DNA from: an uncultured Candidatus Actinomarina sp.
GTDB lineage: Bacteria > Actinomycetota > Acidimicrobiia > Actinomarinales > Actinomarinaceae
Direction: 5' to 3'
DNA: 64,000 nucleotides
Assembly (NCBI GenBank): GCA_902622665.1
Contig: CACNQV010000003.1
Location: 21,678-85,677 of the forward strand
Position numbers and translations under genes: made by a program. The notes below the pieces were generated by a model. It worked only from the letters and a program-made list of their open reading frames with translations. It was not told where the DNA came from and did no database searches. Numbering within the stretch: position 1 is the first letter of the stretch; every line of letters begins with the position of its first letter. This document shows, in pieces, positions 59,040-64,000 of this stretch.

Positions 59040-59859
59040 TATTTTTATTACTTAAAAAAATAAATAAACCAATTACTGCCAACATCAGTCCACCAATTTG
59101 ATTCCAAGTAAAACTCCCAATTGTTGAATCACCCATTCCAAATCTTAACGTATCAAGAACAGCTCTTTGTGACCCATACCATACAGCCCAAAGCCCAATC
59201 CAAGAGCCTCTACCAAAAGTAAAATGAGACTGAAGATTTCTAAAGATATAAAAAATCAACAATGCAAGAAGTAAATCGTACATGGCTACGTGGTGATAAG
59301 TTCCACATGTTGTTAAAGGCTCAAAGCACTCAAGAGAATTATGTTGGGGCGCAACATCGTAACCTGGTTTAATTTCGTAACCAAGAAAAAAATCTGTTGC
59401 TCTTCCCAAATGCTCTACAATTGCTAAATCACCAATTCTTCCAATAACTGTTCCCAGTATTAATCCTGTGGCAGCATAATCTCCATATTGTTTGAAATCT
59501 TTCTTGTTAAGGATTGAAATTTTTAAGTATGCAGCGATTATTCCACCGGCCATGCCACCCATAATTGAATAGCTGCCAGCAAGAGTGAAGATCTCATCAA
59601 ATCCATAGTTTGGGTTTGCATACCATTGAGCAGGAATTGTAAAAAATCTAGCTCCAATTATCGCACCAAAAATAGCCCAGGTAAGTGCTTCAGAAAATAA
59701 TTCACTATCAGCACCATCTTCTTCTGACAACTTTAAGGCATGATTTGCACCAAAATAAAAACCTATCGCAGCAAAAACTCCATGCAAGGAAAGTGAAATT
59801 GGACCAACTTGAGTTATTGGTATTGGCGGATAAGTAATCGAAAATAAAAGTTCTTGCAT
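59026..59859 (-). CDS. lgt: Prolipoprotein diacylglyceryl transferase
   Basis: 277 aa. The N-terminus (ISLSLHGVFAAIGFYFG), the GARFF segment and the GRIGD (R-x-G-N/D) motif are typical of Lgt. Confidence 0.88.
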   Translation of the reverse strand: MQELLFSITYPPIPITQVGPISLSLHGVFAAIGFYFGANHALKLSEEDGADSELFSEALTWAIFGAIIGARFFTIPAQWYANPNYGFDEIFTLAGSYSIMGGMAGGIIAAYLKISILNKKDFKQYGDYAATGLILGTVIGRIGDLAIVEHLGRATDFFLGYEIKPGYDVAPQHNSLECFEPLTTCGTYHHVAMYDLLLALLIFYIFRNLQSHFTFGRGSWIGLWAVWYGSQRAVLDTLRFGMGDSTIGSFTWNQIGGLMLAVIGLFIFLSNKNIKTN

Positions 59860-59861
59860 AT

Positions 59862-60743
59862 TTAGATACTACTCAAGGTTATGAATATATCTGCGACCAT
59901 AGATAGAAAAATTACAGCAAGATATGTATTTGAAAATACAAAATATGAAATTGCTTTAATTCGTTTCCTATAAAGCTGGTATGACTTATACATCAAATAA
60001 AATCCAAAAATTAGTGACAGCAAAAGATAAACTATTCCTAATTGAAGAATTGGAGCGAGCAACAATGAAGTCAATACAGTTGCACATGAATATACTCCGA
60101 TAAATATAGAAGTTCTTTTGTAAGATTCTTGAGTTGGAAGCATAGGAAAATTTGCATCTTTATAATCATTTAACTTATCAATTGATAAAGCCCAAAAATG
60201 AGCTGGAGTCCAAAGAAAAACCAATAAGAACAAAAGCCATGAACCAGTGTCTAAATTTGTACCAGTAGCAGACCACCCTATTAGAACTGGTGCTGCACCT
60301 GCAGCTCCACCTATAACTATATTTTGATTTGTTCTTGGTTTTAAAATAAGAGTGTAAATAAAAGAGTAAAAAATATTTGCAGAAAGAGCAATATATGCAG
60401 CTAGTTCTGTTGTCTGTGTATATAAAATTAAAAATCCTACTAATCCAAGTGAAATTGAATAAACATAAGCGCTCTTCTTATTAACCTCTCCAGTTACAAG
60501 AGGTCTTTTTGCAGTTCTCTCCATAAGTCTGTCAGTTTCAATTTCAAATATTTGATTAAGAACATTTGCACTTATAGCAAGTAACGTTCCACCTAACAAA
60601 GTAAAAATTATTAATTTAAGAGGTGGAAAACCATATATAGATACAATCATTGAAGGAACCGTAGTGATTAATAAAAGCTCAACAATTCTTAATTTTGAAA
60701 GCCTTATAAATTTAGATATGTTTTTTTTGCTAACAGTGTCCAT
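59862..60743 (-). CDS. ctaB: Protoheme IX farnesyltransferase (heme O synthase)
   Basis: 293 aa. UbiA-family motifs NQIFEIETDRLMERTAKRPL and a second Asp-rich region (WALSIDKLNDYKDA). Confidence 0.92.
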   Translation of the reverse strand: MDTVSKKNISKFIRLSKLRIVELLLITTVPSMIVSIYGFPPLKLIIFTLLGGTLLAISANVLNQIFEIETDRLMERTAKRPLVTGEVNKKSAYVYSISLGLVGFLILYTQTTELAAYIALSANIFYSFIYTLILKPRTNQNIVIGGAAGAAPVLIGWSATGTNLDTGSWLLFLLVFLWTPAHFWALSIDKLNDYKDANFPMLPTQESYKRTSIFIGVYSCATVLTSLLLAPILQLGIVYLLLSLIFGFYLMYKSYQLYRKRIKAISYFVFSNTYLAVIFLSMVADIFITLSSI

Positions 60744-60758
60744 AACGACATAGTACTT

Positions 60759-61829
60759 ATGATTACACTATATATGGTTTCAGCGCTATCCTTAATAATT
60801 GTTGATAATATAAATATGCTTGTGAAAAACATTATTAAGTTAAAGAATTTGAGGTTTTTGGCTTTAATCTTTTTATCCGCTTGTATTGAAAATGCTCCAT
60901 TAGATTCTTTAAGTCCAGAGGGTCCATATGCAAGGTCAATTGATGAATTATTCTGGTTAACATTTTGGATAGCGGTAGTTATTTTTGTTATTGTACAAGG
61001 AGCATTACTTCTCTCTATTTTTGTTTTCAAAGAAAAACCAGATAGCCCTGAACCGAAACAGATACATGGAAACACTAAATTAGAAATTCTTTGGACAATC
61101 ATTCCAGTAATCATTTTGGCAGTCATTGCAGTACCTACTGTAAGAACGATCTTTGACTTGGCAAATGAACCAGAAGATGCACTAAAAATTGAAGTAATTG
61201 GTCATCAATGGTGGTTCGAATATAAGTACCCAGACTATGGAATAACTACAGCAAATATTCTAGTAATACCAGCGGATAGGCCCATTAGGCTAGAAATGTG
61301 GTCTAATGATGTTCTTCATAATTACTGGGTTCCTAAATTGAATGGAAAAAGATATCTTGTCCCGGGACAAACTACCTATTTAAATCTACATGCTGATTCT
61401 CCGGATGAGTTTTGGGCACAATGTGGTGAATACTGTGGTTTAAGCCACTCTAAAATGCGGGGTCGAGTGCTTTCGCTTTCCGAAAATGATTTTCAATTAT
61501 GGGTAAAAGATCAACAACGAAATGCAGTAAAACTCGAGGACAACTCTTTAGCTGCAGAAGGTCAACAAGTTTATCTAAATGCTGGATGTACTCAATGCCA
61601 TGTTATCGATGGTGTTTGGGATGTACAAGGTGATAGAATTGCTCCAAACTTAACTCATTTTGCTATCAGAAATGTTTTTGCTGGTGCCGCTCTATATAAC
61701 AACAGAGAAAATCTCAGTAAATGGCTTGCAAATCCTGCGGAAATAAAACCTGGTACATTTATGCCTAATCTAGAATTGACTGAAGCGGAAATAAATGCTT
61801 TAATTGCGTATTTAGGAACACTTAAATGA
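60759..61829 (+). CDS. ctaC: Cytochrome c oxidase subunit II with a fused C-terminal cytochrome c domain (caa3-type)
   Basis: 356 aa. CuA site HNYWVP..CGEYCGLSHSKM. The C-terminal heme-c site is GCTQCH, with a distal FMPN. The true start is probably Met at 60816 (MLVKNIIKLKNLRFLALIFLSAC), which yields a lipoprotein signal with lipobox LSAC. Confidence 0.9.
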   Translation: MITLYMVSALSLIIVDNINMLVKNIIKLKNLRFLALIFLSACIENAPLDSLSPEGPYARSIDELFWLTFWIAVVIFVIVQGALLLSIFVFKEKPDSPEPKQIHGNTKLEILWTIIPVIILAVIAVPTVRTIFDLANEPEDALKIEVIGHQWWFEYKYPDYGITTANILVIPADRPIRLEMWSNDVLHNYWVPKLNGKRYLVPGQTTYLNLHADSPDEFWAQCGEYCGLSHSKMRGRVLSLSENDFQLWVKDQQRNAVKLEDNSLAAEGQQVYLNAGCTQCHVIDGVWDVQGDRIAPNLTHFAIRNVFAGAALYNNRENLSKWLANPAEIKPGTFMPNLELTEAEINALIAYLGTLK

Positions 61830-63784
61830 CAAAAATAATAGAGCCAAAGAGACAAAGTAGTATTTTTAGAAGGCCCTCTTCTGAAACTGGTATATGGAGC
61901 TGGATTACTACAGTTGATCATAAAAAAATTGGGATAATGTATGGGTATGCAGCTTTTTTCTTTCTTTTGATTGGTGGACTTGAAGCACTAGTTCTTAGAA
62001 TTCAGCTTTCACAACCAGATAATAATTTCTTAACAGCGGCAGAGTACAATGCAATGTTCACAATGCATGGAACCACAATGATTTTCTTGGCAATTATGCC
62101 AATTAGTGCTGCCTTTTTTAACTACCTTCTTCCACTACAAATTGGAGCGCGTGATGTTGCGTTTCCAAGACTTAATGCTCTTTCATTTTGGATATTTATA
62201 TTTGGTGGAGCATTCTTATACTCTACATTTATATTTGGAACTGCTGGAGCTCCAGAAGGTGGTTATTTAGCTGAAGAAGTGGGATGGTTAGGCTCGGCAC
62301 CAAACGGTGGTTGGTTTGGTTATCAACCTAATGCTGGAATGAAATACTCGCCAGGTACTGCAATGGATTATTGGGCAATAGGTTTGCAGATACTTGGGAT
62401 TGCATCGTTAATTTCTGCATTTAACTTTATTACAACAATTATCAATATGAGAACAGAAGGTATGAGATTCATGAGAATGCCAGTATTTACTTGGATGACT
62501 TTTGCGGTTTCTTTTTTGCTCGCTTTTTCTCTACCAATAATTGCAATAGCACTTTTCTATGTAACATTTGATAGAAAATTTGGAACGACTTTTTTCTTAA
62601 CAGAGGGAGGGGGCGATCCTATTCTATGGCAGCATTTATTCTGGCTATTTGGCCACCCAGAAGTTTACATATTAATCCTACCTGCATTTGGAATAGTCTC
62701 AGAAGTACTTCCAACCTTTTCAAGAAAGCCTCTTTTTGGTTATGCTGCAATAGTTTTTGCAGGCTTTGGAATTGCTTTTATAGGCTTTGGAGTCTGGGCT
62801 CATCATATGTTTGCTTCAGCAATTAGTCCAGTCGCTCAAGCTGGTTTTGGTTTGTCAACAATGGTTATAGCAGTCCCAACGGGTGTAAAAATATTTAATT
62901 GGCTTGGAACAATATGGGGTGGAAAGCTAAAGCTGAACACTCCAATGTTATTTTCTTTGGGATTTATTGGTATGTTTTTAATTGGTGGCTTGAGTGGGGT
63001 AACACACTCCATAGTTCCAGCTGATACACAACAAACAGATACTTATTATGTTGTTGCTCACTTTCACTATGTTTTATTTGGTGGTGCTTTATTTGGAATT
63101 TTTTCAGGACTTTATTACTGGTTCCCAAAAGTCTGGGGGAAGATGTACAACGAGTCACTTGGTAAGATTCACTTCTGGTTAATGATGATTGGGTTTAACC
63201 TGACTTTTGGTCCAATGCATTGGCTTGGATTACAAGGGCAAGTAAGGCGTACCTGGGTATATGCAGAGGAAACAAACTTGCAATTCTGGAATATAGTTGT
63301 AACGGTTGGTGCTTTTATAATTGCATTATCAATAATTGTATTTATGATTAATTGGATTTTTTCCAAGAGAAATGGTGAAAAAGCTCCATTTGATCCGTGG
63401 GATGCAAGAACAATTGAATGGACTATTCCTTCACCTACACCGGTATGGAACTTTTCAAAAGCGCCCATTGTCAAATCTCTCGATGACTTTTGGCATACAA
63501 AGTACTCAGAAGACGAAGAAGGTAGAGCTGTTAAGCGTGCAGAAGCTGATCAAATTTTACTTGATCTTGAAGAAGAAGGTCTAAATCCAAGCGAACATAT
63601 AGAATTACCTAGCCCTTCATATTTCCCAATTGTTCTGGCCTCAGGCCTCCCATTTCTAGGGTATGCGGTTATATATAAATCAATACCCTTGGCACTTATA
63701 GGTTCTATATTGTTGCTCATTGGAGGTTTTGGTTGGGGTACGGAGCCACTCGAAGAAGAAGCTTTTGAAGACTCTCATGAGTGA
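61826..63784 (+). CDS. ctaD: Cytochrome c oxidase subunit I (A1-type, with a C-terminal two-helix extension)
   Basis: 652 aa. WLFGHPEVYILILP (helix VI Glu present), HHMF and VAHFHYV ligand motifs. About 100 extra C-terminal residues follow. Confidence 0.97.
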   Translation: MTKIIEPKRQSSIFRRPSSETGIWSWITTVDHKKIGIMYGYAAFFFLLIGGLEALVLRIQLSQPDNNFLTAAEYNAMFTMHGTTMIFLAIMPISAAFFNYLLPLQIGARDVAFPRLNALSFWIFIFGGAFLYSTFIFGTAGAPEGGYLAEEVGWLGSAPNGGWFGYQPNAGMKYSPGTAMDYWAIGLQILGIASLISAFNFITTIINMRTEGMRFMRMPVFTWMTFAVSFLLAFSLPIIAIALFYVTFDRKFGTTFFLTEGGGDPILWQHLFWLFGHPEVYILILPAFGIVSEVLPTFSRKPLFGYAAIVFAGFGIAFIGFGVWAHHMFASAISPVAQAGFGLSTMVIAVPTGVKIFNWLGTIWGGKLKLNTPMLFSLGFIGMFLIGGLSGVTHSIVPADTQQTDTYYVVAHFHYVLFGGALFGIFSGLYYWFPKVWGKMYNESLGKIHFWLMMIGFNLTFGPMHWLGLQGQVRRTWVYAEETNLQFWNIVVTVGAFIIALSIIVFMINWIFSKRNGEKAPFDPWDARTIEWTIPSPTPVWNFSKAPIVKSLDDFWHTKYSEDEEGRAVKRAEADQILLDLEEEGLNPSEHIELPSPSYFPIVLASGLPFLGYAVIYKSIPLALIGSILLLIGGFGWGTEPLEEEAFEDSHE

Positions 63785-64000
63785 CTCCCATGCTTATCCA
63801 CATGAACCTACAGGTGTAGAAACTAGAAAGCTTGGTATGTGGGTATTTTTATCCACAGAAATTTTATTTTTTGGCACTTTAATTACCACATTTATGATAT
63901 TTAAAGGGAGTGATTTTCCTGGAATGAAATTAACTGATGTCTACGATATTCCATTTACTTCTATTAGTTCATTTATATTATTGATGAGTTCATTAACGAT
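63777..64000 (+). CDS. ctaE: Cytochrome c oxidase subunit III (5' part only; runs off the window)
   Basis: Not in the ORF track because no stop lies in the window. Manual translation from ATG 63777 (ATGAGTGA overlap with the ctaD stop): MSDSHAYPHEPTGVETRKLGMWVFLSTEILFFGTLITTFMIF.., a typical subunit III N-terminus. Confidence 0.85.
   Translation, partial: MSDSHAYPHEPTGVETRKLGMWVFLSTEILFFGTLITTFMIFKGSDFPGMKLTDVYDIPFTSISSFILLMSSLT

Noticed and set aside
60759-60815. First 19 codons of the tracked ctaC ORF
   Set aside because: They are probably not translated. Starting at Met 60816 gives a canonical lipoprotein signal peptide and leaves a 72-nt divergent promoter region with ctaB instead of 15 nt. 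I kept the tracked coordinates in the feature but flagged the start.
1-64000. Search for a selenoprotein gene (a conserved family split by in-frame TGA) inside the window
   Set aside because: Every sizeable gap is accounted for, and no two adjacent same-frame ORFs look like halves of one family. All recognised genes have near-normal lengths. Any selenoprotein genes must lie elsewhere.
1-64000. Mobile elements, CRISPR arrays, toxin-antitoxin or defence systems, prophage remnants next to the tRNA gene
   Set aside because: I saw no integrase, transposase or recombinase motifs, no direct repeats flanking tRNA-Sec, no repeat-spacer arrays and no compositional break. The genes flanking the tRNA are core (ctaA, hflX).

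Overview
This is a low-GC window (about 33% by eye) with very high gene density; most neighbouring genes touch or overlap. It reads as core chromosome, not an accessory island. I saw no transposases, integrases, CRISPR arrays, defence genes, rRNA or obvious biosynthetic clusters.

The run clpC-lysS-coaX-panC-folK-folB-(ORF)-folP-folE-ftsH-hpt-tilS reproduces the classic actinobacterial (Mycobacterium-type) gene order. I therefore infer a streamlined low-GC actinobacterium, possibly a marine Acidimicrobiia/Actinomarinales-like lineage. That assignment is inference only.

Other content, in order:
- a six-gene nucleoside-scavenging operon (nucleoside hydrolase, BMP lipoprotein, ABC ATPase, two permeases, amidohydrolase deaminase)
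- metK and metY, each behind its own copy of a SAM-I-clan riboswitch-like leader
- MFS transporters, an AlkA-like glycosylase, a cytochrome P450, and MBL-holB-tmk
- topA
- a GT4 glycosyltransferase plus a tandem histidine phosphatase
- a K+-dependent-type membrane pyrophosphatase plus a CPA2 antiporter
- leuCD
- alanine dehydrogenase coupled to an indoleamine-2,3-dioxygenase homologue
- an FeS-BCP/(6-4)-type photolyase
- GDPD, pmbA and tldD, a LOG-like protein, and a group 1/2 sigma factor
- ctaA, hflX, gnd, pepN, an LLM oxidoreductase, a CaCA exchanger and lgt
- a ctaB / ctaC-ctaD-ctaE oxidase cluster

Items most worth a second look:
- a well-formed selenocysteine tRNA (anticodon UCA) at 51612-51703, masked by a spurious ORF extension
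- the two covarying SAM riboswitch candidates
- a Cys-less phosphatase-fold ORF inside the folate operon
- the IDO-Ald gene pair
- a photolyase that seems to lack the canonical CxxC Fe-S ligands
- a caa3-style oxidase operon, which is atypical for Actinobacteria

I found no convincing new multi-gene system. All functional calls come from reading motifs by eye and need database confirmation.
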